DNA of 64,000 nt from NCBI RefSeq assembly GCF_009914755.1, contig NC_060936.1; one strand, written 5' to 3'. How positions within the stretch are numbered: position 1 is the stretch's first letter; each line of letters starts with the position of its first letter. The translations under genes were made by a program, and so were the position numbers. Below, piece after piece: positions 31,535-45,095 of this stretch. The notes beneath the pieces are model-generated. The model was given only the letters and a program-made list of their open reading frames with translations, ran no database searches and was not told the DNA's origin. This DNA is from the human T2T-CHM13v2.0 reference genome, Homo sapiens.

Positions 31535-33649
31535 TAATTAGGGGTAAACTTTAAAGGACTTTGTTGAGAAGACCATTCATGTGGGGCTTCCTGGATTTGG
31601 TTGGGTTGTGGTACCTCCTCTAGTGATGCAGAGCCTTCCTATGATTTTTCTCCCTGCCCCACCCCAATGCCCACCCTTTCGATTTGCTATTTCCTCTCTC
31701 CACCTCACCCCAACACCCAGTGCTATTTACATGCTATCTATATGATGTAAGTTGTGTCTTTACTTTTCAGCTGCCTGACTGTGAATTTATAATCACTGGT
31801 ATTGGTAACAGTAGGCTAGTTAGTTGGTCCAGTCAAACAAAGATGAACTGATCCCTGCTCTGTTGCTTGTGGTCAGCACCACGTGGGCACACAGGAGGAC
31901 TAATCATTCCTGTGTAAACGCTGAGAAAACAACTAAGACACATGGAAAAATTAGGAGCTATCTGCAGGATTCTGACTGTAATGTGATTATTAGAAAGCCA
32001 ATAAGGCAGTGGTTAGCATGAATTGGAGTGGTAGAAAAGGATTTCTTGGAAGAAGCCGGGCTTGAGTGCCATCTTGAAGGGTGTAGAAGAATTGTCTGGA
32101 CCAATGGTAGGAGTGCTGGGATTCCAGGTAAGGAAAAGAAGAGACACCATTCCATGTGAAAGATATCATTTTGACATATAAACACAGAATTTCCAAAGTT
32201 CAGTCTAAGATCATTCTTAGGGTGGTCTGTTTTCATTCATTCAACAATTACCTATCGAGCACCTATCATGTATGAGACACAGCAGTGCTTAAAACACACA
32301 CAGTTCCTGCCTTCATAGGGCATCCTTCTATCTAAGGGAGACAGGTATTCAGTATCTATTTACATAATTATTTATTCATTTATAACTCACCTCTAAAATG
32401 TTTAGGTTTGGGGTGTGACTATATTTGTTTTAAGTTAATATTTTACGCGTGCTACTGAAAAAACAAAACCCAAACTAATGATCACTGTATTTCATGGAAG
32501 CGGGGGCTGTCTCATGAAGATGACATTTGTCTTAAATTATGATTGAAAAAAATGTTTTAGGGTAGATTGTTTGTAGAGTTTTTCATCCTGCTAAAGTGAT
32601 CCCTAAATCATAAAACTTGAGACTTGCTGAATGAAAGGGATAAAAGAGTGAGGAGGACCTACAAATCTTCATGGGGAGTAGATTGTGTCTGTTTGAAGTA
32701 AAGCCACACCTGTCATGAGGGACCAGGAGAGGCTTCTAGGAGGAAAGAGAACATACCAGGGAAAGAACTGAGCAAACTTTCAACCCTCTGCAGTATTAGA
32801 GGTGGACAGGAGGGCAGCACTATATTGGAGAGATTGTTAAACTGAAAACTCAATTAGCATGCACAAAAAGTATATGTGTTTAAGGCTGTTTTAACTGTTG
32901 GTGAGATGCTGAGCTGCTAAGGGCTGCCTGCTGTCATTACCTATTAGCAAGACTTTAAATTCTGACTTGCTGAAGTACGTATTTCCCCCTGTAGCTAGCC
33001 ATTTCTAGTAAAGCTTGTTTATTTTTATTTTTGTAAAAAAAATGGTTATAGTTAATTTATCCTTTTGGAATTGGAAGAGCTTCCTGCCTGAATAACTTTT
33101 TTTTCTTTTCATTTTCTCCAGTGTAGAATTGCTGGTTTTGGCCTTTTGGAGCTAAGTAATAAAACTCTTTGTTTATTCTGCTGGGTCTTTGCTTGTGTTA
33201 GAGCTGTTTTATCTCAAACATTTGTAATTCTATAAATTGAAATCAGCTTTTCTTACACTTGTGGATTCCTTTAGATTTGAAATCTATTCTTGGTTACGTT
33301 TATAGCTTCAACACGCCTCTCATTGTAGGTTTATACATGTGTTTGCTTGCTCATTTATTTTGTCATCATTTGCTCATTTTATTACCAGTTATTGAGTGCC
33401 TACTGTGTACCAGGCACTGGGCAAGGGGCATTCTGTGAGAGAGGGTATGGTACCTGCGGGCTTAAGTAGTCCGTGGGCTTGTGAGGAAAACGCTAGATTA
33501 AATCTTGATTACTGTAAATGTCAAGTATGGCCAAGTGTGGGATTTCGTGGCAGGAGTGAGCTTTCCTGGAATTTGTCTTTCTTGCCTCAATTTGCCTGAT
33601 AGTCATTTCATGCTAGGGATGTTTTAAAGTCTCTGGGGAGGCCCTGCAG

Positions 33650-33860
33650 TGTAGAGGAAAATGCTGATCCACACCAGAAATGCGAACCTGGCTCTCTGCC
33701 CTTGGGCAAGTCACTTAACCCTCCTGAGCCTCAGTTTCCATCTGTCACTTAGAGCTGATTATACCTACTTAACACCCAGGCTTTTTGTGAGGGGCATTAT
33801 CTCATTAGAGATAATGTTTTTAAAAGCTCTTTGTAAATTGTGTAGCATTCAAATGGAAGT
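33650..33860 (+). mobile_element. MIR
   Basis: ccttgggcaagtcacttaaccctcctgagcctcagtttcc. Confidence 0.7.
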
Positions 33861-34657
33861 TATTGTTATTTTTATTATTGAGTGCCTTCTAATTCAACAC
33901 TGGGATAGTAACAAAAGAAGAGAGGGGTTATTATCACCCCTCTTCCCTGTCACGTTTAGATTGGGGCAAGGAAAGGTTCTCACCCTCGAGGAATTTATGA
34001 TCAGACTGGGGAGACAAGAACCAGTTTGAGAAGCAGGTAATGGTAGTTGAGAGAAGGGATAGAGGGCTCAAGAATCTCTCCGCGCCTTTCTGGCTCCAAA
34101 ATTCTACAGTAGGAGTCAGGAAAGGCTTCACTTGTGAAGTGGCACTTGAGTGAGGCCGTCATCAGCATAGGAATCAGAATCATCTTTGTGTGCTCATCAT
34201 AGTAAAATAAATATTGATTGAGTAGCAGTATGTGGCAAGGGACTCACAAATACATTTTGGTTGAGGAGTCAGGTTACTTGGATAAAAAATGATAATGAAT
34301 GGTACAAAATTCCCTCCACTGGCGCCACAGGAGGGGCAGCCCCGGGCCTGAGGTCTTTGGGAAAGGTGTGGGGAGGCGGTGGGCACAGGCCTAGGGAAGG
34401 GCAGGATTTAGACGAAAGCAGAGCCATTGGAAAGGCATATTCTGTGTTTCCACTATTGACAGCCTCAATTATTGGTTTTCCCATTCAGCTTTCTGCTCTC
34501 AGTACCCCATTCTGTTTACCTGCTGGTGGGCAGAGCGTCACACAACCAAACTCGCGTAGCCTTCTTCACCCTTTCCCCTCTTTTCTGCAGAATGGGTTTG
34601 TTATGACTTGACTGTGATTTTTCAGGCCTTTAATCATCCAAGGTGAATGTCTAAGGG

Positions 34658-34721
34658 TGGACCCAAGCAGGGCTGGACCCAAGCAGGGCTGAGTTAACTG
34701 GACCCAAGCAGGGCTGAGTTA
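34658..34721 (+). repeat. Three copies of TGGACCCAAGCAGGGC
   Basis: Exact copies at 34658, 34674 and 34699. Confidence 0.9.
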
Positions 34722-36351
34722 GGGGAAGCAGGGAAGAGAGGGGAAGGACAGCCTGAGCCCTTCCAGACACAGGCAAAGGAGAGAGGACAGACATATCCTC
34801 CCTGAGAGCTCTCCAACCCCCCCAATTATCAAAGCAAATCAATGTCACTCTAAGTCATATCTCCATACTAGCTCTATCCTTTCTCCTGTCCCTATCTCTA
34901 GGTCTATAAATTCAGGGCTTAAGGGATTTCTAGGGAAATTACAGCAAACGAATCACTGAGAGAGGGGGGGAACCTCCAAAATGTTGTGAGTTGCTTGTTT
35001 AATGTTTCAGGAGCTTCAAAGAAATTGAGCAATTTAGATTAAATTTCAAGAAGTGGGGCTGACTAGAGAGAGAGGAAAGTTAGAAACAGCGTGCTATAGA
35101 GGTTGATGGTGGGAATAAACTCTGCTGTTTCAGCCAGGCCAGGCTTCCTTCCAGTGTGCTTCTGTATGATGTTAATAAATGGGAAAGTGATTGACAACTT
35201 CCTTAGGCAACTTTGGGGAGTGAAATGCCAAATTTGGGCAAAGCAGACCTCTAGCTTTATTGGTATTGGGGCTTTGCCAGAATTATCTGCTATTAAATAC
35301 TTCCAGGGACCTGTTGCCTCTTTGTGACAAATGTTAGATAATTTCCATTAACTGCATTATTGATGGAGAAAGCAGAAAGGTGAGAGAGTGGAGAGAGTAA
35401 AGATTGAATGAGTGTCAGAACTAACTGGAGGAAGAGGGAAGATAAAGATGTGAAGAAGTATATATCTGAGGATAAAATGTAAAATGAAATTAATGAAAAT
35501 ACGATGGTCAGATTGGAAGGAGAGAAAATGCAAATTACAGAGTGAAAGAAGACTTCTTTCTACTCTCAAATGTTTTGGGGGGATTTTGGGGGGGCAAATA
35601 GGCAGTAGGTTTTCACACCTTTTGAAAAACCCACCTCTTCACACTTGAGTTTTCATGTTCTTGGTTCATAATCCTAGGATTACCATTGTCAGTTGTGCAG
35701 AATCCCATTGGAAAGCAATATGCCATCAGTACATCTGGTAACAGGAGGATGCTAGGAATGGGAATACAGAATATTTATGCAACTTCTAGGCTTCTAAAAA
35801 TTGTATGTTTACATGCATATATACACATACATGCACACTTATATAAAACCTGTCAAATTTTTCAAAAATTTTTGAAAGGATTAGCATTATAAAGTCATAA
35901 GGAATCTCTGAAGGGACTTTAGAGTAGAGAAAGATGTGAGAAAAAGCCTAAATATATCACTCTGCAGCAAACCAATCATCCACACAACCACAGAAATCTC
36001 TGATAAATCTCTTATGAACTAAACTCCCTGTTGCCCGATGGTTCTTTTTGGAAACTTTGTCTCTGTCTTTCGTATTGAAATATCGCACTGAAAAGACCTG
36101 CCATGGAGATGTTGATCCCACTTATGGGCAAGAGGGCGTCTGAACTTGTCTTCCAGCCATGGCTCAAAGATTGCAGATGGAAATCCCTGCTGCTCACATT
36201 TGTATATTTGATCAAACTCTTTTCATGGCCAGACCAGGCTCCAGGGGTTCTGGGTCACATCTTCCCTCTAGCTGCCATTTACTTTGATCATACTAGTAAT
36301 GATTACCATCTACAGCATGTATTATGTGCCAGGAACTTTGAATTTGTCATC

Positions 36352-36610
36352 TTTTTGGTTTTCTTGGGACAGGGTCTCACTCTGTCTCCCAGGCTGGAGG
36401 GCAGTGGCATGATCTCGGCTCACTGCAACCTCTGCCTCCTGGGCTCAAGCGATCTTCCCACCTCAGCCTCCTGAGTATCTGGGACTACAAGGCATGTGAC
36501 ACTACACCCGGCGAGTTTTTGTAATTTTTTGTAGAAACAGGGTCTTGCTGTCCTAAGCTGGTCTCAAACTCCCGGGCTCAAGCTGTCCTCCTGCCTCGAC
36601 CTCCAAAGTA
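36352..36610 (-). mobile_element. AluJ (5'-truncated)
   Basis: gacagggtctcactctg...gggctcaagcgatcttcccacc. Confidence 0.85.
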
Positions 36611-39600
36611 CCCTCCCTCCCTGCGGTCTGGAGGAGTTGCCTTGGGACCTGTGCTTCCTTGGCTCTATGCACTACCAGACGCAGTCCAGTGGGCAGCCTG
36701 GCGGGTGGCCCTGGGACTCATTGCTTTGCAGCCTGTCTGGACCATCCCTAACAGTTTATTTTTTTGACTTTTCCAGTGGAGAGTCCACAGAGAATATGAC
36801 TTTTCCTTGGGTCATCTGTAAAGACTTGGCAAGGGATGTCTTGCATCTGGGAAGATGTGGTCTTGGGGGTCACCTAAGCAGCAGAGGAAACCTTGCAAGA
36901 TGACATTTGGGGCTAATGTGGAATTAACTAATAGACTGATGAGTTTGCTTGATCTGAGAACTCACAAAGGATGTTGAGGAAGAAAGGGCAGCTATGACCT
37001 ATCTTGGGGTTTTGCATTTTGTTCTTGTGACCCTGTGGAAATGCTCAGATGAGTGCACATGTTCAGACTCATGCCAGGCCAGTGTGAAGAATCAAGCTGA
37101 GTATGCATCCTTCCGAGGCTCAAAGCCAAGAGAAAGAAAGAGAGGCCTGGTGAAATATCATAGGAAATGTCACGGTCTTTTCTGGACTCTCTTAAAAAGC
37201 CCAAGACCCATTTAATATTTCGATTGCAAGACATATCTCTACTGGATGGTGTTTTGGAAAGCTGGAGTTTAGGAAAATCCTGGCTGTAGGAATGCTCTAC
37301 TGCTGTGAACATTCCCGCTTTAGGAATGCTCATAGCAGTAGAGAGTGGGCTACTGACTTTTCTGGTTTTCAACAGTATCTTATTTTTCCTGAACATTTAT
37401 TAACTGTCTGCCCTATCAGAGAACTTCTCAGATTGGGACTTCCCTTGAGTAAGAGACAATGACCTGAAATGCAGGGCGAGAGAAATTTCTTTCAGTTTTA
37501 GGCGGAAGGTGGGACCCAAATTTAAGAGAGCCAACCCCAAGTAAGGAAGATCAGCTCTCACTGGGAGCTGTGTAGGACCCAGGGGGGAGCACACCCCAGG
37601 AAAGGGCTGCCGGTGGATCCGGAGGCCTGACCTGGGGCCCAGGCTGAAGTAGAACATCAGCACCTCTAGTAGCCCAGCAATTTGGATAGCAGGCAGAGTT
37701 TAAAGGACCAAACTGGAATTATGAGTCAAGACTGGGCAGGAAGCAGGAAGCAAGGATGAGGAGCCAGGTTATGATAACTAGTGATGCATGGGGTGTCCAG
37801 GCCCAGAGGCACTAAAAGGGGGTCAAGGACCCAGCATGGAGACTGGGTAACAGAGAGCCATGCTGTGCTCATGGAATCTGGGCAGCAAGAGTAGCAGCTC
37901 CCAGAGGGGCTGGCTGGCAACCTTTTGTATCAGCTTAGGAACTTTTCATGTTGGTCAGGAGCAGAGACGCAGTTCCAGTTTTGGCTGGCCTGGAGCTTGC
38001 AGGATAAGCCCGTGTCTGGCTGCACTGTAAAAATAACACGGAGAATAGGATGGGTCTTGTCCTTGGTCTCTAGAGCAGCCACTACATGGAAGAAAGAGGT
38101 AGAAGGCAGGTGTCTATCAAGTGACATCACAGAACTCAAGAGGAGTGAATGTCACCTCCATTCCCCAGTCTCCCAACATTCCCTGGGGAACAGGGCAGAG
38201 GGAAGACAGAGTAGGGGAATTCCAGGATAAGCTTCATGCACCCAGAATGTGGAATGCTCACCAAAGAAGAACAAGAGCCGTGTTCACATCATGATATTCC
38301 GCCCTCTTAATTCCCAAACAGGGCTCCCAGGCTACAGAGCAGCTTTGATAACAGCAGTGCACTCCCTCTCCTCTAGAAAGTTAGGTGGCTTTAAAATAGG
38401 TAAGGCTAATTTCATTCCTTCTGTGAGTTCTGATGAAAGGGGCATTTGGCGAAAAACACGTGTGGGTTGGCATGCAATGAATACTTATTTACATGGGTGT
38501 TTTGAAGACAATGACACAGAATCAAAATTTAACCCACAAGTTTAGGTTTTCAGTTTCCTTCTGCTTCTCTCCTTTGAGAGGTAGAGATGGAGAAACTGTC
38601 TCTACCGCTCTTATTTTCTCACTCTGATAACAATCTTTTCCATTAGTAGAGTGCTATATAAGGTACAGTGCACTTGGGAAATGCCTCTTGGGAAGGTGAC
38701 ATGTAAAAATGGTGGTCAACGCCACTTCTGGGCAGGTGCCAAGGCCTGTAGCAGCCTGTGTCTTTGGGTCCTGCATGCTTTCCTTTGTGTTGGCTGGTTC
38801 CTCTGGCTGAGTTCACTGTTGGTCTGTCTGTGGCAATTACGGAGAAGCATGACAGTCACAGCTTCCCTGAGTTCTACTGAACTCATGAACTTTGTTCATA
38901 ACAGACTCTACAAGTGGTACAGGATTCCTATGGCCACAACTCAACTCAACTCCGTAGAAATCAATGTTTATGGATCATTGGAGCTAAAAGAAAACTTGCA
39001 GATCAGATCATCTCATCCAATTCCCTGACTTTACAGAATGAGGAAACTGAGGCACAGTAAGATTTTTTTTTTTATTTTTTGCCCAGGTCTGAATAAAATT
39101 GAAGGCACCCTTACCATAGCCAGGATTCTTTGTATATACCACTGGCTGACCAGTGGTAGCTGAAAAAAAAAAAAAAAGGGATTTGAGATGGTAGGAGGGG
39201 TGTCTGACTGAGGAGCCATTTTTATAGGTTTTTATAGACATTTGCATTGGTTTGGAGTAGCAGAACCAGAAATAGTCTTTCCCTTTTCAGGAGCAACTCT
39301 GCACAGAAGACTCACTGGCTTTGGACTCTGTCCCTATCACATACATTTCAGTAGCCAGGCCAAGGCATCTGGCTGGGAGGCTGGGTACGTCTCAGAGAAT
39401 AAGCGCTTGTCATAGAATGGGTCGTGAAGCTGGGCAGAGAGCCAGGTTTGCAGAAATGGCTTTGTATTGATGAAGAAGGGAGATTTTTACCTTGTCTTGG
39501 CCTCCATCATGAAGAGAGTGTTACAAAAAAGTACAGATGACAGCAGGCCACTCTCGGAGACACACACGAAGCTTGTCTTCCTCCATCCCAAATACATAGG

Positions 39601-40009
39601 TCAGTGGACCCTCAGGAATCCATTCTGATGCACGGGTGGATGAGCCAAGGGCTGGGCAGAGGCCATTTCAATAGCTTAATGCTTGCCAGGTATATCTGAG
39701 CTAGTGCTGCCCCAGGGACAGAGTATCCTCTGGGAGATCTGAACCAAGCGAGGGTGTGGCAGCCGGTGGATGACTTACAGTCAGCCTATCTGGGCAGATT
39801 TTAAACCCTGGCGTTTTTAGTGCCTTGACTAGTGTGAGAAACTTGAAACTCAGTCTCATTGCTATTTGTGGTAATGGTCATTTAGTTTCAGGAAAACATC
39901 GATGGTGCCCTTCCCTAGATAGCTGCGTTGCAATGGACCACATTATGGCATGCACATTAATGTAGGGATTGTTCATACAAAAGAGGGCAAAGATGCCACT
40001 TGTGACAGA

Positions 40010-40440
40010 AATGACTGTTACCCAGTGTCTGTTCTCTACCTCTTTCATAGGGATAGAATTTTCAGCTGGGCACATGACTGCTTAGAATGAAGAACTACAG
40101 TTCTCATCCTCCCTTGTGGCTAAGTGAGGTTTTGTGACTAAGTTCTAGATAGTAGGATGTCAGCAGAGGTGATGCGTGTGACTTCCGGTGTGTGCCCTTG
40201 AAGGCAAAGTCATGCCTGCCCTTTCCCTTTCTCCCTCTGCAGGCGTGTTGCCGTCATGGTGAGGAGCCATTTCATATCATGCAGACTAAAAGACCCTTTC
40301 CAGGTGCTGGAGCAACCATTCAGAAGGCGGTGATGGCTGGGGGAGGGCTTCCATGGGAGAGAGGAAGTAAATGTCTCTCATGGGGAATCCCTGTTGTTTT
40401 GGTCTCTGTCAACCATGGTTCAATTCATAACTTAAGTTAT
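40010..40440. mobile_element. Old ERVL-type LTR
   Basis: gctgggcacatg...gtgactaagttct...gcagaggtgatg..gacttcc motif; subfamily uncertain. Confidence 0.5.
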
Positions 40441-41102
40441 ACCCTACTTATTGGGAACTTTGATTTTGGAAGGCAAAGAAATTTAAAAATTAAGAAATAA
40501 AAATAAAACAACAGATAGCACTTGGATAAGTTGGCCAAGTTCAAGTAACACAAAAAAGTCAGGACATGGAACCAGGAGGTGGAAGTGCCTTGTTTCTCCT
40601 CCTCCTCTTTCCGTTTCCCATGTCACCCACAGGACTGGTGTGCCCGGTAGGAAAGATTGGTAGGTCCCACTGGTCCCGAGTGTCCTACGGCCCTTTATAT
40701 TGGATAATATTGGAACTGGATTCTCCTAGAGATTGGGAATGGTGGCAGAAAAATTAAAATTGGGAGGTGAAAGCTCAAGGAGGTAGTTACAAAGCAAAGG
40801 AAAACAAACAGTTTTGGGCATCCAGCTGCCTTTCAGTGGTGGTCACTATGGCAGAGATCAGCAGAGTGAAGGGCTAGGAGATAGACTCATTTCGGATCTA
40901 ACTTTAATAATCAATTTTAATGACCCTTGAGCGAATGGAGCAGTTGATTTTCCTCTCAATCCTCTCTCTGTGTCTGTTGTTCCTGCAAAGCCTATTGGGA
41001 CTTGCCTGAGGAATTGGCCCTTATCCTTGAGGTTAATGAAAGACAACACTCAAGAAGCTTCCCACTTACAGAACTCTTTCTCCAATTTAGAATGGAGGCT
41101 AC

Positions 41103-41387
41103 TTTTTTTTTTACTGTGGTAAAATATACATAATATAACATTCACATTTTAACCATTTTAAAGTGGCATTGAGTACATTCATACTGTTGTGCAACCATCA
41201 CAACCATCCATCTCCAGGACTGTTTTCTTCCTGCAAAACTGAAACGCTCTACCTATTAAACAATCAGTTCCCATTCCCCCTTCCCCCAGCCCCTGGCACC
41301 CACCATTCTACTTTCTGTCTATGAATTTGACCACTCTGGGAACCTCATATAAGTGGAATCTCAGAGTATTTGTCCTTTTGTGACTGG
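41103..41387 (-). mobile_element. L1M (L1MB-like) 3' end
   Basis: Poly-T, tgtggtaaaatatacataa, ttgtgcaaccatcac, acctcatataagtggaatc. Confidence 0.8.
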
Positions 41388-44276
41388 AGCTAGTTTTGGC
41401 TAAGTCATGGGAGAGGCAAGTGGATCCCTTGCTGGTAGGAAGGACAGGGCCGTGTTGACAGGGACCATGAGGCCTCCGCCCTGCAGTTTTCCTTTGTCCT
41501 CTGCGTGGGGTGGGGCAGCCCTCTTGGGGAAAAGGCTCTCCTCATTTCATCTTTACTTTTCCTTCCTGGGAGATGGAGCAAATGGTGCCTGCCTTGTCTA
41601 TTTGGAGCACACAGGCATAGATCATTAATAAGATAATTGGAAGGTACTTGGCAAAATCTGAAATATTAACTGTCTCAGAGAAGCTGAATAATCACAGGGT
41701 CTCACCAAGTGCCACCTCAACAAGTGCAGCTTTCACCCGTCCTTGGACATTTATTTCCCTTTGTCTGCACTCTGTTCCCTTTCTCCCAAAATGCTGGGTA
41801 GAGGTTCTTTAAAATTCAAGAAAAAAATCAGACTTCCCCTTCTCCCCAGTGACATTCCCGGCCTCTTCTCTCACTCGAGTGATTTCCTGTATGAAATTCA
41901 ACAACAGGTCCACCCAGAGGAGTTCTTTTTCCTCCAGCTTCTCTGTTTAAAAATCTTGGGTTCTTCCTGACAAAAGGAGGCTTAGTCATCTTCCCCCAGT
42001 GACAGGCCCTACTTAAAAACAAACAACGAAGAAATCCTACATCCCACTCCAGCTTGTGCTGCAGAGCCTGGCCGGGGAGGGACAGGGGATGGTACACTTG
42101 GAAAGGCAATCAAAGAGTGGGCGGTCAGAAAACAAAACCTGCCAGGTTATCAAAAGGACACCACCTCCAATGCACAGAGCTGCTTCCTTCCCGCACACAC
42201 GGAATCTTCCTGCTCCCTGCCCCACTCATCGTGGTCGTGGCCAGCTGTGTCCAGCAGCCTGGCGCCCACTTAACAAACAGGAGCAATGAGGGAGACTCCT
42301 CACCCGGGGCCAGCAGTGGGTCAGGGAAGAGGCTGGGGTTAGGGCTCAGGGGTCTCAACCTGGAGTCCTGTGTTTGCAGCTACAACTCCAAGGCCTTGGG
42401 ATTTGCCTAGTGGGGAATCCTGGGCTCCAGGGAAGAAGTCACTGAAGGTTTACCAGGCAGACTTATAAATGGGGAGAAACTGAAGCCTAGAACGCCCCCC
42501 TCTCTGATGACTGCTGCCTACGCTGCCTCCTTCCTTCTCTCAGCTCCAAAGGCACAGAATGTCTGATCGGAGAGTTTAGCTGCTTTCTACTGTTTTCTCA
42601 CAGTTTCGTTTATCAGCCTTGTCTTGCCAATGATACAGAAGCTCCCCGCAGGACAGTGGGTAGGTGGGAGCTTCCCGATGATCATGTTGGTGTTGACAAA
42701 GCTCCCCAAAGTGGGGTATTCCCTCAGGCTGGTCTCCGGAGCCGGCTCTGTGCTCTGAAAGCGGCCCATCCTGCCGTCCTAGAGTATAGGTGCCGTCTAT
42801 CTCTGTGTGTTGAGTTATCGGGAGATGAAAGATTTTTTTCACTTGGTGAATCCTGGCATTGTGGGAAGACTCTCCTAACACAGACATAATTCTCTTGCAA
42901 TCCCACAGGCGCACACATACACAGAGGCGTCACACACACACAGAGGCACACCCCTGGTGTGTCATGGGCGTTGTTTTGCGTGGAGAACGTGGAGCGTGAA
43001 GACACATTTTCTATGACAGTGGTTCCCTTGGTGTGGGATTGATGGACCTGTGGACAACAGGAGTTTTGTTAGTGCTCTTCAGGGTCCCGGAGATCATGTA
43101 CTAGAACACCTTTCCTCCACAGAGGAAGAGACTGCAACCCAGAGAGCTTTGTCACTTAGACACACAATTTTACTTTGCTTGGGCTTCAGTTTCCCTATAT
43201 GAAAAGAAAAAAAAAATAGAATTGCCCCAAAGGATCTTAAGGACTTTTTCAGAATTCCGTACATAATGAGTTTTTATTGTCATTTTCTCACCATTCTTTG
43301 GCCTTTGTGGAACTGACTAGAATAGCTCAATTGTTTGTTAAGGAATTTCTGACCTCAATCAGTTTTCCTTATATAAGGAGTTACCAGTTTTAGAGCCTCA
43401 TGTCACTTGGGGCTGTGTCTCACTTAAAAGTGCTGTGAGAGCATATTGGATTGCTGAAAGGAGAAACTGACCACCTCTTAGAAGACATCACCAATTCAAA
43501 TGAGGGTGTCTCCTTTCCTAGCGAAAACGGGCACTTAGACTAGTTTAGAGCCACCGGAGGTGGGAGGATGAGCCAGATGTCCCTGGAAAGCCAGTTTAGG
43601 GGTGCTTTTCTCATGTTTTCCAGGGTTTAATTATGCTCCGTGCTTGAGAGAAATATTTTTGAACCTGAGGATTTTTTATCTTAACGTTGAACAAATTATT
43701 TATCTTTCTTTTTCTGTCCCCTCCATAGTTCCCCAATGACTCTAATTTTTATTATTGTTATAAAGCATTTTTCCTTAAAGAGTAAAGACGCAAATAAAAA
43801 AAATCTGCAGCTTAGACACAAGAACAAGAGTGAATCTGACAGACCTAAGGTTGAGTGAAAGAAACATGGCAAAGGGGTGTGTTCAGCAGGACTCCATTCC
43901 TGTTAAGCTAAAAATGGGCCAAATGAAGCTATCTTTTAAGGTACACATACATACGTGGCAAAAGCATAAAGAAAGGTCAAGAAATGATGATCGCAAAGTC
44001 AAGGTAATGTTGTGTTTCTGGATTGATGGTAGTTACATGAAAGTATGCTTTATTATTCATTAAACTATAAAAATATGTCATATGTACCTTTTAAATAAAA
44101 ATAGAATAAAGTGACATGGAAATCAGAAAAAAGCTAGTAGCGTAAAAATTGCAGATTCATATGGTGGGTTGAATGCTCTCTTCCAAAACCACACTAACAT
44201 GATGGTAAAGGAATCGTTAAAAAATGCATAAACCACAAAGACAAAATGAATCCAAAGAAGACATCACCCACCGGTG

Positions 44277-44673
44277 TTTATTTGTTCATTTTTTTGTATT
44301 TGAAATACTCTTTGATGACATATTTGGCTTTGATTCTTTGGCGCTGGCCTTAACAACCATACAGCTGCAACCAGTTGCTTACAGGGCTTTGCTTTTCTGC
44401 TGATTTTGCAGAGGCCTTCTCCATTCCTTTAGTTTGACCAACCTCAGTTAAGCTGATGTGGGTGTCAACAAACAGTTCCTCAACCAGGTTTTTCTACATA
44501 GACTCATGAGGGTCAGATGCAAGTACCCGTGAATTCCACAAGCTAAGCCATCGGGGATGAGGGTGGTCTTCAGCACCCTTTTGAAGCAGTGTTAATGTCC
44601 ATTTCTCCCCCAGCAGCAATGCCTTTCTTGGCCATGGTGGAGGCTTAAGGTTGGAGCTGAATGTTGAACTCAC
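44277..44673 (-). pseudogene. Decayed processed pseudogene of ribosomal protein RPS12
   Basis: From ATG at 44635 the minus strand reads MAKKGIAAGGEMDINTA, then across frameshifts VLKTTLIPDGLACGIH, VLASD, GLCKISRKAKP, GCSCMVVK and VIKEYFKYKK. TGA at 44286-44288 and AATAAA at 44277-44282. Intronless, with an RPS12-like 5'UTR. Confidence 0.9.
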
Positions 44674-44914
44674 TGGAGATGTTCTGCCTTCATGCAGCCC
44701 AGTGGCAGCTGGGAAAGCTGGAAAGTAGATGGACAAGTAGTAACAGACTTTGCATGTACTGTATGAGACAGCTGAATCCTAAGCGGCAGTGGGGAAAATT
44801 GAGACACAATTAAACTTGCAGCTCACAACCTCCAAAAGGCTTGGAAATTGTGGTATCAGGTATTTTTGGAAGTGACGGTTAAAATGGGGCTAAGAACTGG
44901 AGAATTGGTTCAAC

Positions 44915-45095
44915 GTTTGTATTCTTAGAAAATGCTAAGAGTAGATGGCACAGTGTTCTCACCACAAAAATAATAACTATGTGAGGTGGTGCATATGTTA
45001 ATTAGCTAGATTGAGTAATTCCACAATGTAAACATGCTTCAAAACATGTTGTACACAGTAAATATATATAATTTTATCTGTCCATTGAAAAAAAT
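44915..45095 (+). mobile_element. L1MA 3' fragment
   Basis: tgttctcaccacaaaaataataactatgtgaggt...gttaattagctagatt. Confidence 0.7.

Noticed and set aside
35228-35237. Perfect CArG box CCAAATTTGG
   Set aside because: Several are expected by chance in a window this size, and there is no supporting context.
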